A DNA stretch of 64,000 nucleotides. It comes from a virus. Numbering within the stretch: the first letter of the stretch is position 1; every line of letters starts with the position of its first letter. Both the position numbers and the translations under genes were made by a program. The notes under the pieces are model-generated. The model made no database searches and had not been told where the DNA came from. It was given only the letters and a program-made list of their open reading frames with translations. Below, piece by piece: positions 30,149 through 39,679 of this stretch. The stretch is from the IMG/VR virus record IMGVR_UViG_3300042914_002215; one strand, written 5' to 3'.

Positions 30149-30858
30149 AAATAGCACTGTGTATCTCCGGTCAACCACGTATGTGGGAAAAAGGTTTTGA
30201 GTATCACAATACAAACATCATCAAAGGTAATGATGTAACTGTATTTCTACATTCGTGGGAAATGCCAGCAGAACAAATGCAGCAGATTTCAGAAAAGTAT
30301 CAAGCAAAGAGTTTCATCACATCACCAAATCCTACGATTGATTTATCAAAATACACCAACACACCACCACCATCACCAAACTGGAAAGTCAAAGATGGTC
30401 GTATGTCAACGTGGGCACAAATGTATGCAATTTATGAATGTATGCGTACAAAACGTGAGTATGAAGAATATCATAATATGAAGTTTGATTGGGTCGTTCG
30501 TTCACGATTTGACTTTGCAATCAACATTCGTATACCGTTTGATACGCTGAATCCAAATAAACTGTACATACCAAACTGTCGTATGTCACTCAATCGTGAC
30601 TTTGGTAATGATCAGTTTGCATTCTCATCATCAGAAAACATGGACAAGTATTCGTATGCTTATCAGCACTACGATGAGTTTTATAAACAAGGTGTGCAGT
30701 TCATGATGGAAGATTTCATGAGTGCAAACTGGAAAAAGTATGGTCTTGTTGGTGATAATCTTGTGTACTGTGATGTCAATCACCCATTCTCACCAGGTGA
30801 ATATAATGGCACATGGCACTCACTTTTACGAAATGACATGGAAGAATGGCTGAAATAA
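30145..30858 (+). CDS. Putative glycan/phospho-sugar transferase-like protein
   Basis: MKIALCISGQPR…FLHSW…DWVVRSRFD…NDQFA pattern typical of uncharacterised proteins in glycan loci. Confidence 0.5.
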   Translation: MKIALCISGQPRMWEKGFEYHNTNIIKGNDVTVFLHSWEMPAEQMQQISEKYQAKSFITSPNPTIDLSKYTNTPPPSPNWKVKDGRMSTWAQMYAIYECMRTKREYEEYHNMKFDWVVRSRFDFAINIRIPFDTLNPNKLYIPNCRMSLNRDFGNDQFAFSSSENMDKYSYAYQHYDEFYKQGVQFMMEDFMSANWKKYGLVGDNLVYCDVNHPFSPGEYNGTWHSLLRNDMEEWLK

Positions 30859-31574
30859 ATCTTGTTATCTGTATGGCGGGTTATAACACACGCTTTCACG
30901 ATGTTGGCTTTGATATTCCAAAGTATCTGTTACCTTGGAATGGTAAGACAATCATTCATGATATTCTAAAGAATCTACACAAAGATTGTCATGTTCTTCT
31001 TGTTGCTAACAAGCGTGACATTTATTTTCAAGATCAACTTCTTGAAACGATTGAACCTTTTGGTTTGAATGAAAGAAACATTCTGTACATTGGCGACACA
31101 AGAGGTCAGGCACATACAGCAGCAATCGGTATTGGTCATCTGTATCATCCAGACTTACCAACTTTTATTCACAATGGAGATACGATTGTAACTGATCGTA
31201 ATTTGAAATTGATGAGTGAAATGCTTGCTGATCCTTATCTTGCTTATGTTGATGTGTTTGTGGGCAATTCACCAAAGTATTCTTATGTTCGTATGTTTGA
31301 GGAAACTGTGGTAGAGATTGTAGAGAAAAAACAAATATCACCATATGCATCATCAGGACTCTATGGATTTGAATCTGGCACAAAGTATCTTGAATATTAC
31401 GATAAACTTCAATCTACAGATGAACTTTATATTTCAAATGTAATTCAAAATATGATTGCAGATGGCAAATCTGTGTTCACAAATGGTTTATCAAATAAAC
31501 AAGAAACAATTGTGTTAGGCAGCCCACAAGAATACGGTATTGAGTTAGCAAGACAAACATTAGGTGCAAAATGA
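30846..31574 (+). CDS. Sugar-phosphate nucleotidyltransferase (NTP-transferase family)
   Basis: MAGYNTRF…PKYLL, T-x-GQAHT, HNGD, EIVEKK and ELYIS motifs. Confidence 0.8.
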   Translation: MAEINLVICMAGYNTRFHDVGFDIPKYLLPWNGKTIIHDILKNLHKDCHVLLVANKRDIYFQDQLLETIEPFGLNERNILYIGDTRGQAHTAAIGIGHLYHPDLPTFIHNGDTIVTDRNLKLMSEMLADPYLAYVDVFVGNSPKYSYVRMFEETVVEIVEKKQISPYASSGLYGFESGTKYLEYYDKLQSTDELYISNVIQNMIADGKSVFTNGLSNKQETIVLGSPQEYGIELARQTLGAK

Positions 31575-32539
31575 CTATAGTTATTCCATTGAAAGGTGGT
31601 TCTCTAAGTAAAACTTACAGATTACCACAATATGATATAGTTCGTAAAGAAGTATCACGTACAGAAAATCGTGAGTATGGTTTTATGCGTTGGTATTCTC
31701 AGTTGATGAAACTACAACACTTCAATCAGATTTATCCAGGTCTGTTTGCAGAAGTTGTTGCTGTTGGCTCTACTGGTGTTGATGCATGGTTTGATTTGAA
31801 ATATCTTCATGGTTTCCGTGACATCAAATCTATTCTCAGTGGTGAACCACTCAAAGAAGAAACAATATTCAAAATCAGCAAAGCAGTATGGAAAGGTTTG
31901 AACACAGTTCACTCTGTTGGTAGAACACCAATACCTGGCGCACCATCACTTTACTTCCGTGAAGAGATACATCAAAAGTTAATGGATGCATTGAAGATAC
32001 CAGCATTTGATGATTTCTTTAGAAAAGGTAGTTATTGGTTGAACAGTAGACCAGTCACGGGTCTTACTGGCACATTAGCAATTCATGGACCAATTCATGA
32101 ATTCTTTTCACATCTTGAGAATGATGATGAGTGTAATATTCATGGCAATCCTACATTAGAAAACATCATGTATTCTTTTGATGAAGATCGTGTTGTATTC
32201 ATTGACACGTATGAAGAAAGTATGTGGAATACAAAATATCTTGATTATGCACAAGTTCTTCAGTGCTCACGTAGTCATTATGGTTTTATTAATGATCGTG
32301 ATGTTCGTGTGGTTGAAACTGATTTCATGAATCCAAACACAATACCGAAGAACTTTGAAATCTTCAATGAGCACTTCGTGGCTGAACTGCCAAAAGATAA
32401 AATGAAACTCATAGATATATTAGAAGCATCACAGTTTATTCGTATGCTTCCATTTAAGTTGATTGCTGGCGACATCAACAAAGCAAAATATTTTTATGTA
32501 CATGCATCCAAATTGTTTCATGAGGCTTTAGATGAGTGA
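31571..32539 (+). CDS. APH/choline-kinase-like phosphotransferase
   Basis: Gly-rich GGSLS, RK, HGNPTLENI (Brenner-like) and VFID motifs. Confidence 0.7.
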   Translation: MTIVIPLKGGSLSKTYRLPQYDIVRKEVSRTENREYGFMRWYSQLMKLQHFNQIYPGLFAEVVAVGSTGVDAWFDLKYLHGFRDIKSILSGEPLKEETIFKISKAVWKGLNTVHSVGRTPIPGAPSLYFREEIHQKLMDALKIPAFDDFFRKGSYWLNSRPVTGLTGTLAIHGPIHEFFSHLENDDECNIHGNPTLENIMYSFDEDRVVFIDTYEESMWNTKYLDYAQVLQCSRSHYGFINDRDVRVVETDFMNPNTIPKNFEIFNEHFVAELPKDKMKLIDILEASQFIRMLPFKLIAGDINKAKYFYVHASKLFHEALDE

Positions 32540-33668
32540 TGAGTTTATGATGGACTATGACAAGTTCAAACGAACTTGGAAAGTAAAAACAGAACTACCA
32601 GTAGAATTCAAACTAACATATTCGGCTGATATATTCAATCCGAGTAATCAAGACATAGCAAATCTTTCCGAAAGCAATCGTAGAATCATTGTGATTGATA
32701 CTGAGGTATGGAATCTATACAAAGATAAGATTGATGCATACTTCGGTGCAACAAAACTTGAATCACAAATACTGATTATTGATTGCAAGGAAGAAAATAA
32801 GAACTGGAAGAACGCCGATGAAATTGTTACATTCTTTGAGAAACAAGGAGTCCTTCGTCGTGAGAAGATTATTGCGATTGGCGGTGGTGTCCTTCTGGAC
32901 ATTGTTGGTTTTGCTTGTAGCATTTATCGCCGTGGAATACCATATATCAAAATCCCTACAACACTTCTTGCAATTGTTGATGCCTCTGTAGGTTCAAAAG
33001 TAGCAGTCAATCATCTTGGTCGTCGTAATAGAATCGGCGCATACTATCCACCAGAAGCAACATTCATTGACAAAAAGTTTATTGCAACACAAAGTGAACG
33101 TGAGATTGTCAATGGTATTGCAGAGATATTCAAACTTGCAGTCATCAAGTCACCAGAACTTTTTAAGTTACTTGAAGAAAACGCAGAGATGTTGATTGAA
33201 GAAAAGTTTCAACATGGTGCAGTGCCAGTTCGTGTAATCAATCTTGCTATCACAGACATGATAGAAGAACTCGGCCCTAATCTGTGGGAGAAACGATTAG
33301 ATCGTTGTGTAGATTTTGGTCACACATTCAGTCCAGTGATTGAGATGGCAAACATACCAAACCTATTGCATGGTGAAGCAGTAGCACTTGATTGTTTACT
33401 CAGTTCATGTATCGCATTCAGCAGAACATACATTGGCTCAGATGAACTCAAAAGAATATTTGATGTAGCAAAACGATTGAAACTCAAAACATTCCATCCA
33501 GACTTTACAAACATGAAGATGTTGAAGGAAAGTTTGGGTGATGCAACAAAACACCGTAACGGTAATCAGTTTGCACCATTGCCAATTCACATTGGTAATT
33601 ACAAGATTGTAAATGATATCACAGATGAAGATATACAATATGGTATTGCTATTTTTGAGGAGATGTGA
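32532..33668 (+). CDS. Sedoheptulose-7-phosphate cyclase, EEVS (2-epi-5-epi-valiolone synthase) type
   Basis: GGGVLLD, PTTLLAIVDAS and RNRIGAYYPP, plus the diagnostic MIEELGPNLWE, VDFGHTFSP and HGEAV motifs. Confidence 0.85.
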   Translation: MSDEFMMDYDKFKRTWKVKTELPVEFKLTYSADIFNPSNQDIANLSESNRRIIVIDTEVWNLYKDKIDAYFGATKLESQILIIDCKEENKNWKNADEIVTFFEKQGVLRREKIIAIGGGVLLDIVGFACSIYRRGIPYIKIPTTLLAIVDASVGSKVAVNHLGRRNRIGAYYPPEATFIDKKFIATQSEREIVNGIAEIFKLAVIKSPELFKLLEENAEMLIEEKFQHGAVPVRVINLAITDMIEELGPNLWEKRLDRCVDFGHTFSPVIEMANIPNLLHGEAVALDCLLSSCIAFSRTYIGSDELKRIFDVAKRLKLKTFHPDFTNMKMLKESLGDATKHRNGNQFAPLPIHIGNYKIVNDITDEDIQYGIAIFEEM

Positions 33669-34333
33669 TGCGTAAAGTTGCTGTTGTCACTGGTTGCAGT
33701 TATGGTCTTGGCTTTGAAATAGCAGATAGACTTATTGACGAAGGCTATTTTGTCTGCGGTCTATCACGTTCACAACCCCCAATGAAATTGTTTTCTGCTC
33801 CTGATACATTTCAATGGATAGAATGTGATGTATCAAATGCAGAAGAAGTGAAGTTGGCATTTGAAAAGATGGGCGTGTTCATTGATGTGCTAGTCAATAA
33901 TGCTGGTGTGTTTGAGTATGGTGAGTTTTCTTCTCAGTCAATTAAAACGATTGATAAAATTATTGATATCAATGTCAAGGGCACGATGTATGTGACTAAA
34001 GCAGCACAGAAATATTTGTCACGTGGTTCAAATGTTTTCTTTATCAACTCTGTTGCTGGTTTGTACGAGATAAAGAATGAAGCAATCTATGCAGCATCAA
34101 AACATGCTCTCACAGCATTTGCTGGTATTCTTGGTGAAGAACTTCGTAATGATGGAATTAGAGTGACTAGCATTCATCCTGGCGGTATTGATACGCCAAT
34201 GCAAAGAACAAATCCAATCAAAAAAGAATTACTTCAACCGACAGAGATATCAAATCTAATCGTAAATGTAATCAATTCTAAAGCAACATATAAAACAATC
34301 AAACTATTTCCTGAATCAGAATGGCATCAATAA
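33668..34333 (+). CDS. Short-chain dehydrogenase/reductase
   Basis: TGCSYGLG, NNAG, S…YAASK and PGGIDT motifs. Confidence 0.9.
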   Translation: MRKVAVVTGCSYGLGFEIADRLIDEGYFVCGLSRSQPPMKLFSAPDTFQWIECDVSNAEEVKLAFEKMGVFIDVLVNNAGVFEYGEFSSQSIKTIDKIIDINVKGTMYVTKAAQKYLSRGSNVFFINSVAGLYEIKNEAIYAASKHALTAFAGILGEELRNDGIRVTSIHPGGIDTPMQRTNPIKKELLQPTEISNLIVNVINSKATYKTIKLFPESEWHQ

Positions 34334-35031
34334 TTCCAACTCAGCAGTTGTTCATCGTAACATCTGCACTCAATCCAAGAATGGGTGTTATTAGTCGTGA
34401 AGATAGACTTCAACAAACAATTGATGGTCTAAAGTCATTACGTGAAAAATGTCCAGATGCAATTGTCATACTTGCGGAAGGCTCACCAGATAAAGTTGAA
34501 GAAGAGAAAATAAAAGAACTGGCAGATTATGTTGATATGGTAGCAGATTTCTCTGGTAATAGAGATATTTCACAGTTTGCATCAGTAGGCAAAAAGAGTG
34601 AAGCAGAGAATGTGCTCATGCTCAAAATGATGATGTTGTTGAAACAAGAGCCAAGTTTAATGAAACTTCGTCATTCAGTAAGTCGCATTTACAAACTATC
34701 GGGACGAACAATAATCAATGATGGTTTTGATATCAATGATCATAATCGGTTTGGTAAATATGTGTTCAAGAAACGTATGCCAACATGGCTACAAGGTGAA
34801 CGTGCCGAGATTTTTACAGATTTGTTGATTACCAGATTATTCTCATTCTGCCCAAGTCTGATTGATGATTACATGATAGTATGTCAAAGAAACATAGGCG
34901 TGGTCAACGATGCTGGTATTGACACCGAACACGCTCACTTTTTCAATATAAATCCAAATTACCTCATAGAACTTGACGATATTCACTGCCAGGGCATCAT
35001 GGCAGGCACAGGAGCCACGGAAATCTACTAA
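34321..35031 (+). CDS. Hypothetical protein, possibly transferase-like; last gene of the cyclitol island
   Basis: FIVTS…R-x-QQT…SL…KLSGR…EH pattern; coupled to the SDR gene. Confidence 0.5.
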   Translation: MASIIPTQQLFIVTSALNPRMGVISREDRLQQTIDGLKSLREKCPDAIVILAEGSPDKVEEEKIKELADYVDMVADFSGNRDISQFASVGKKSEAENVLMLKMMMLLKQEPSLMKLRHSVSRIYKLSGRTIINDGFDINDHNRFGKYVFKKRMPTWLQGERAEIFTDLLITRLFSFCPSLIDDYMIVCQRNIGVVNDAGIDTEHAHFFNINPNYLIELDDIHCQGIMAGTGATEIY

Positions 35032-35041
35032 ATACTAAATA
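35026..35041 (+). promoter_or_regulatory. Tandem late-promoter-like TAAATA motifs
   Basis: ACTAAATACTAAATA upstream of the virion-associated gene block. Confidence 0.55.
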
Positions 35042-35073
35042 ACAGAAACAACTGCCGCAGAGGTAGAGGGATT

Positions 35074-37764
35074 ATGAAATTTAGAGATTTTCTACGTGAA
35101 CAGAAGGAAAAACATGCCGTCCTGGCTTTTGGACGCATGAATCCAATCACAAATGGTCACGAAAAATTAGTCAATAAAGTCAAAGAAATTGCCGATAAAG
35201 TCGGTGGTTCACATCACATCGTCCTGTCACATTCGCAGGACGCAAAGAAAAATCCCCTTACAGCAGATCAAAAAGTCAAACATGCCAGCAGAGCATTTCC
35301 TGGCACAAACTTCAAAGCAGCGTCTAAAGACAAACCAACTTTCTTTGATCATGCAGAAGAACTGCACAAGAAAGGTGTAACACATCTGCACATGGTAGGT
35401 GGTTCTGATCGTACAGAAGAATATCACAGACTGCTGCACAAATATAATGGCACACATGAAGGTGCTCGTTTCAACTTCAAAAAAATTACAGTACACTCTG
35501 CTGGCGAACGTGATCCAGATGCAGAAGGTGTAACTGGTATCTCAGCATCAAAGATGCGTGAACATGCAAAGAATGGCGATTTGAATTCATTCAAGCAAGG
35601 TGCACCATCATCAATGTCACATGCACATGTCAAACAAATGTACAACGATGTCCGTAAGGGCATGAGATTGCACGAAGAAATCATTCGTGAAGGTGTACAT
35701 GACAAAGGTATTTTCAAAGCAGTATTCTTAGGCGGTGGTCCTGGCTCAGGTAAAGATTACGTTCTATCAAATACATTAGATGGTCACGGTCTTGTTGAGA
35801 TCAATTCAGACAAAGCACTTGAATATTTGATGGACAAAGAAAATCTGGACAAGAAGATGCCAGATAGTGAAGAGAAACAACGTAATGAAGTTCGTAAACG
35901 TGCAAAGAATATTACAGAGTTGCGTCAACGTTTAGCCCTTCATGGTCGTAATGGTCTTATCATCAATGGTACTGGTGATGATCCTGAGAAATACATGAAG
36001 ATCAAAGAGATGCTTGAGAAACTTGGCTACGACACACATATGGTTATGGTAAACACCAAAGATGAAGTTTCTAAGGCAAGAAATATAGAACGTGGTCAAC
36101 GTGGTGGTCGTACAGTGCCAGAGGATATTCGTAGAGAAAAATGGGAAGCAGTACAACAAGCAAGACCACAGTTTGCAAAGATGTTTCGTGATAACTATGT
36201 TGAGTTTGATAACTCAGCAGATTTGCGTGAAGCACCACCAGAACTTGTTGATGCTAAGAAAAAAGAAATGGAAAATATCTACAAACGTATTCAAAAGTTT
36301 GTAGGTCAACCGCCAAAAGCAGATCAAGCAAAAGGTTGGATTGCAACAGAATTAGGTAAGAAAGATACAGCACCGATTCGTCGTGATACAAAGCCACACG
36401 ATGCTGCTGGCACACATGATCAAATGAATACGATGGGTCTAGAGTATTATGGTTTTGGTCGTTACGGCAAAGATGGCAAAGTAACTCATCGTTCAGTACA
36501 TGGTTCACTTGTGCCAGTAGAGAAGATTGCAAAAACTGTAGAGACACATCAAAAGAAAATGCAAAAGATGAATGAGGCAGTCACAGTCTCAATCACTGGC
36601 GATACAGTAGAAGAAGTAACACGCACAATCAAGTTTTTGAAAACAGATGATGAAGTAGAAATGGCAGAGGAAGAAGAAGTAAATACAATGTCCGATCCTG
36701 GTGCATACAATTTACTCACACTCGGTCATGGCATGATCAAAGAAGATTTACGTCAATGGTTTGATCCAAAACATCCAAAGGGTGGATGGAAACGTATCAA
36801 CAGTAAAGGTGAAGCGATTGGTCCTTGTGCCCGTGAGCCAGGTGAAGCAAAACCAAAATGCATGTCAAATGAAAAACGTGCATCACTATCCAAGAAAGAA
36901 CGTGCTTCAGCAGTCGCAGCAAAACGCCGTCACGATCCAAATCCAGAACGTCAAGGTAAACCGATCAATGTATCAAGTTTTGGTAAAGGTAAAATAAGTG
37001 AAGCGGCATATGAGGGCAATATTGGCATGATGGAAGTCATGAAGTTTCATCAGAAGGCAACTGACGAGCAGAAAAAACAATTCAAGAAACACATGGCAGA
37101 TAAGAATCATAAAGAAGCATGGAAGTTAGTTCAACACGTATCGGGTACAAAACTTGTTGGTAAACAATTTGAAGAAACAGAAAAGAAACAAAAACTAATG
37201 ACTGACAATAAAGGTAAACCAAGAGTGTTTCACTTTAGAATGTCAGCAGCAAAAGAAGCGCACCGTAATGGTGGCACTGTAGCAAAAGTTGGAAACAAAT
37301 ATGTTGTCAAACTAAAAGAGGACTTAGATGAAGTTTATACACCAAGTGATTCTACAATTGAAATCCATTATGGACAGAATAGTTCCACCCCTTCCGCAAA
37401 AGAATTGGGAAAGGTTAGAACCAACACTGGAAGAAAAGAAAGACCCAGTGCAGACAAACCCGTTGCCGAAGCAAGAAGAACCATCACCCTCAACACAATC
37501 AAAGAAAACTTCCAGAAGAAAGTCCAAGAGTCAATTGACAAAGGAATAGAACCTGGTATTTCTATGGCTGGTGCTGGTGAGTCTCCTGCACGTGACATGG
37601 GTGAGAAGTTGAGCAAGAAAGGTAAAGCAACACAAGTTGTGCCTAAGAGAATTGATGAGTTGACTGGCGATACAACAACAGCAAGCATCGGTGATCAAAA
37701 AGAAGATGAGTTGAAGAAAAAAGGTATCTCACTAACTACATTCAAAAAGAGAAACTACGTATGA
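35074..37764 (+). CDS. Multidomain protein: HxGH-type nucleotidyl(cytidylyl)transferase, P-loop kinase and small C-terminal modules; capsid-targeting N-terminus
   Basis: FGRMNP-x-TNGH, KNPL, GGSDR and SASKMR (NTase); GGPGSGKD, INSD and R-x-x-RGGR-x-VP (kinase); MKFRDFLRE. Confidence 0.75.
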   Translation: MKFRDFLREQKEKHAVLAFGRMNPITNGHEKLVNKVKEIADKVGGSHHIVLSHSQDAKKNPLTADQKVKHASRAFPGTNFKAASKDKPTFFDHAEELHKKGVTHLHMVGGSDRTEEYHRLLHKYNGTHEGARFNFKKITVHSAGERDPDAEGVTGISASKMREHAKNGDLNSFKQGAPSSMSHAHVKQMYNDVRKGMRLHEEIIREGVHDKGIFKAVFLGGGPGSGKDYVLSNTLDGHGLVEINSDKALEYLMDKENLDKKMPDSEEKQRNEVRKRAKNITELRQRLALHGRNGLIINGTGDDPEKYMKIKEMLEKLGYDTHMVMVNTKDEVSKARNIERGQRGGRTVPEDIRREKWEAVQQARPQFAKMFRDNYVEFDNSADLREAPPELVDAKKKEMENIYKRIQKFVGQPPKADQAKGWIATELGKKDTAPIRRDTKPHDAAGTHDQMNTMGLEYYGFGRYGKDGKVTHRSVHGSLVPVEKIAKTVETHQKKMQKMNEAVTVSITGDTVEEVTRTIKFLKTDDEVEMAEEEEVNTMSDPGAYNLLTLGHGMIKEDLRQWFDPKHPKGGWKRINSKGEAIGPCAREPGEAKPKCMSNEKRASLSKKERASAVAAKRRHDPNPERQGKPINVSSFGKGKISEAAYEGNIGMMEVMKFHQKATDEQKKQFKKHMADKNHKEAWKLVQHVSGTKLVGKQFEETEKKQKLMTDNKGKPRVFHFRMSAAKEAHRNGGTVAKVGNKYVVKLKEDLDEVYTPSDSTIEIHYGQNSSTPSAKELGKVRTNTGRKERPSADKPVAEARRTITLNTIKENFQKKVQESIDKGIEPGISMAGAGESPARDMGEKLSKKGKATQVVPKRIDELTGDTTTASIGDQKEDELKKKGISLTTFKKRNYV

Positions 37765-38345
37765 AAAAGTTTAGCGCATTCTTAGATGAAGCTGGTCGTT
37801 GCTGGCCGGGATATAAACCAGTACCGGGTAAAAAGCCATATACATTAGGCTCATGTAGAAAAGAAGAAGTTGAACAAGAAACTGAAACATTAGAAGAAAA
37901 GGGTCCTGGTCTGTGGGCAAACATTCGTGCAAAGAGAGCACGTGGTGAACGTATGAGAAAGCCTGGTGAAAAAGGTGCACCAACAGATGCACACATCAAA
38001 ATGGCAAGAGAAGAATACGAAGCAGATGATGGTCCACTCACAGAAGAACAACTAGAACAATTGAGACAAGAATCGGAAGCATGGCAGCGTAAGGAAGGCC
38101 AATCTGAGTCTGGTGGTCTGAATCGTAAAGGTATTGAATCATATCGTCGTGCTAATCCAGGTTCAAAGTTATCAATGGCTGTAACAACAAAACCAAGCAA
38201 ATTGAAACCTGGTTCTAAAGCAGCAAATCGTCGTAAGTCATTCTGTGCAAGAATGGGCGGAATGAAGAAAAGATTGACATCTGCAAAGACAGCACGTGAT
38301 CCAGATTCACGTATCAACAAAGCATTGAGAAAGTGGAACTGCTAA
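37761..38345 (+). CDS. Modular putative internal head protein (DUF6321-like C-terminal module)
   Basis: MKKFSAFLDE N-terminus; modules CWPGY, GLWANIRAKR and SFCARM…SRINKALRKWNC separated by E-rich linkers. Confidence 0.65.
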   Translation: MKKFSAFLDEAGRCWPGYKPVPGKKPYTLGSCRKEEVEQETETLEEKGPGLWANIRAKRARGERMRKPGEKGAPTDAHIKMAREEYEADDGPLTEEQLEQLRQESEAWQRKEGQSESGGLNRKGIESYRRANPGSKLSMAVTTKPSKLKPGSKAANRRKSFCARMGGMKKRLTSAKTARDPDSRINKALRKWNC

Positions 38346-39656
38346 GTGGCACAGTTTAGAACGGACTTACATAAGATAGATTCGGGACAAGTATTCACTC
38401 GTTATGAAGTGAATATGATGTCTGATCGTCTTTCACCATCTGGCACATTGACAGATGCGTTTGGCCGTTTGCGTATATCACAACCACTTACTCTATTTGA
38501 TAGCACACACCGTTTTGCTGACAATGGATTGTGGGTAACATCAAACACAGCAGGAAATAGTTCATATGCTTTTGTGAATAATCAAAGCATGATTACGATG
38601 ACTGTAGAAACAACTGCAAATGCAGAAGTCATTCGTGAAACAACAAAAGTATTTTCATATCAGCCAGGCAAATCTTTGTTGATGATGTCAACATTTGCTA
38701 TGGAAACACCAAAAGCAAATCTCCGTCAAAGAGTTGGATACTATGGTGCTGAGAATGGTATTTACTTTGAAAATGACGGCACAACAAACTACTTTGTATT
38801 GAAAAGTAATACAACAGGAACAATCACAGAGACAAAAGTTGCACAATCAAATTGGAATGTAGACAAGTTTGATGGCACAGGTTACTCAGCACAGAGTGGT
38901 GGTGCAGAACATACTGGTGGACTTGATGTGAGTAAAACAAACATTCTTTGGATGGATATTGAGTGGTTAGGTGTTGGTGATGTTCGTTGTGGTTTTGTAG
39001 TTGATGGAAAAATGCTTCCAGCACACATATTCCACAATGACAATAAAAACATTGTTCCTTACATGACAACTGCAACATTACCGTTGCGATATGAAATCAA
39101 GAATACTGGAGTTACCGCAAGTAACTCAACAATGAAGCAAATCTGCTCAACAGTAATTTCAGAGGGTGGATACGAATTATATGGCTCACAACAGGCAATT
39201 CAAACACCTGTCACTGCTCCAATAGATTTGCCTGTCCCAGGAACATATTATAATTTGATTTCTTTGAGATTGAAATCGGGTAGATTAGACGCAGTTGCTA
39301 TTCTTACTGCAATTTCATTGCTGGGTGTGACAAACAATGCATACTATAACTGGCAAGTTAGAGCGAGCGGTACTACAACAGGTGGAACATGGGTAAGTGC
39401 AGGAGATAATTCTGCGATAGAATATAAAATAGATGCTGCAACGATTACTGGTGGAAGAATATTAGCATCAGGATTTACAACAGCCACAACACAAAGTGCT
39501 GTGCCTGTAGATATTCTCAAAGAAGCATTGTTCAAGTTTCAATTAGAAAGAAATGGTTTAACCGGCACACCGTATGAACTGACACTGTGTGCCGCATCTC
39601 AAACTGCTGGTGCTGATATCTACGCATCAATGGATTGGGAAGAGATTACAAGATAA
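38346..39656 (+). CDS. Putative virion structural protein (beta-rich)
   Basis: DAFGRLR-x-S-x-P-x-TLFD, YQPGKS and WLGVG-x-VR motifs; Thr/Gly-rich; in a late block. Confidence 0.6.
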   Translation: MAQFRTDLHKIDSGQVFTRYEVNMMSDRLSPSGTLTDAFGRLRISQPLTLFDSTHRFADNGLWVTSNTAGNSSYAFVNNQSMITMTVETTANAEVIRETTKVFSYQPGKSLLMMSTFAMETPKANLRQRVGYYGAENGIYFENDGTTNYFVLKSNTTGTITETKVAQSNWNVDKFDGTGYSAQSGGAEHTGGLDVSKTNILWMDIEWLGVGDVRCGFVVDGKMLPAHIFHNDNKNIVPYMTTATLPLRYEIKNTGVTASNSTMKQICSTVISEGGYELYGSQQAIQTPVTAPIDLPVPGTYYNLISLRLKSGRLDAVAILTAISLLGVTNNAYYNWQVRASGTTTGGTWVSAGDNSAIEYKIDAATITGGRILASGFTTATTQSAVPVDILKEALFKFQLERNGLTGTPYELTLCAASQTAGADIYASMDWEEITR

Positions 39657-39679
39657 TAAAACTAAATCAGGAGAACAAC

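Noticed and set aside
32532-33668. Annotation as aroB (3-dehydroquinate synthase) or as mycosporine DDGS
   Set aside because: It lacks the DHQS LNLGHTFGHAIE and the DDGS IAYGHTWSP/HGHA signatures; it has EEVS-type EELxPNLWE, VDFGHTFSP and HGEAV; no shikimate genes or ATP-grasp mycosporine genes are nearby
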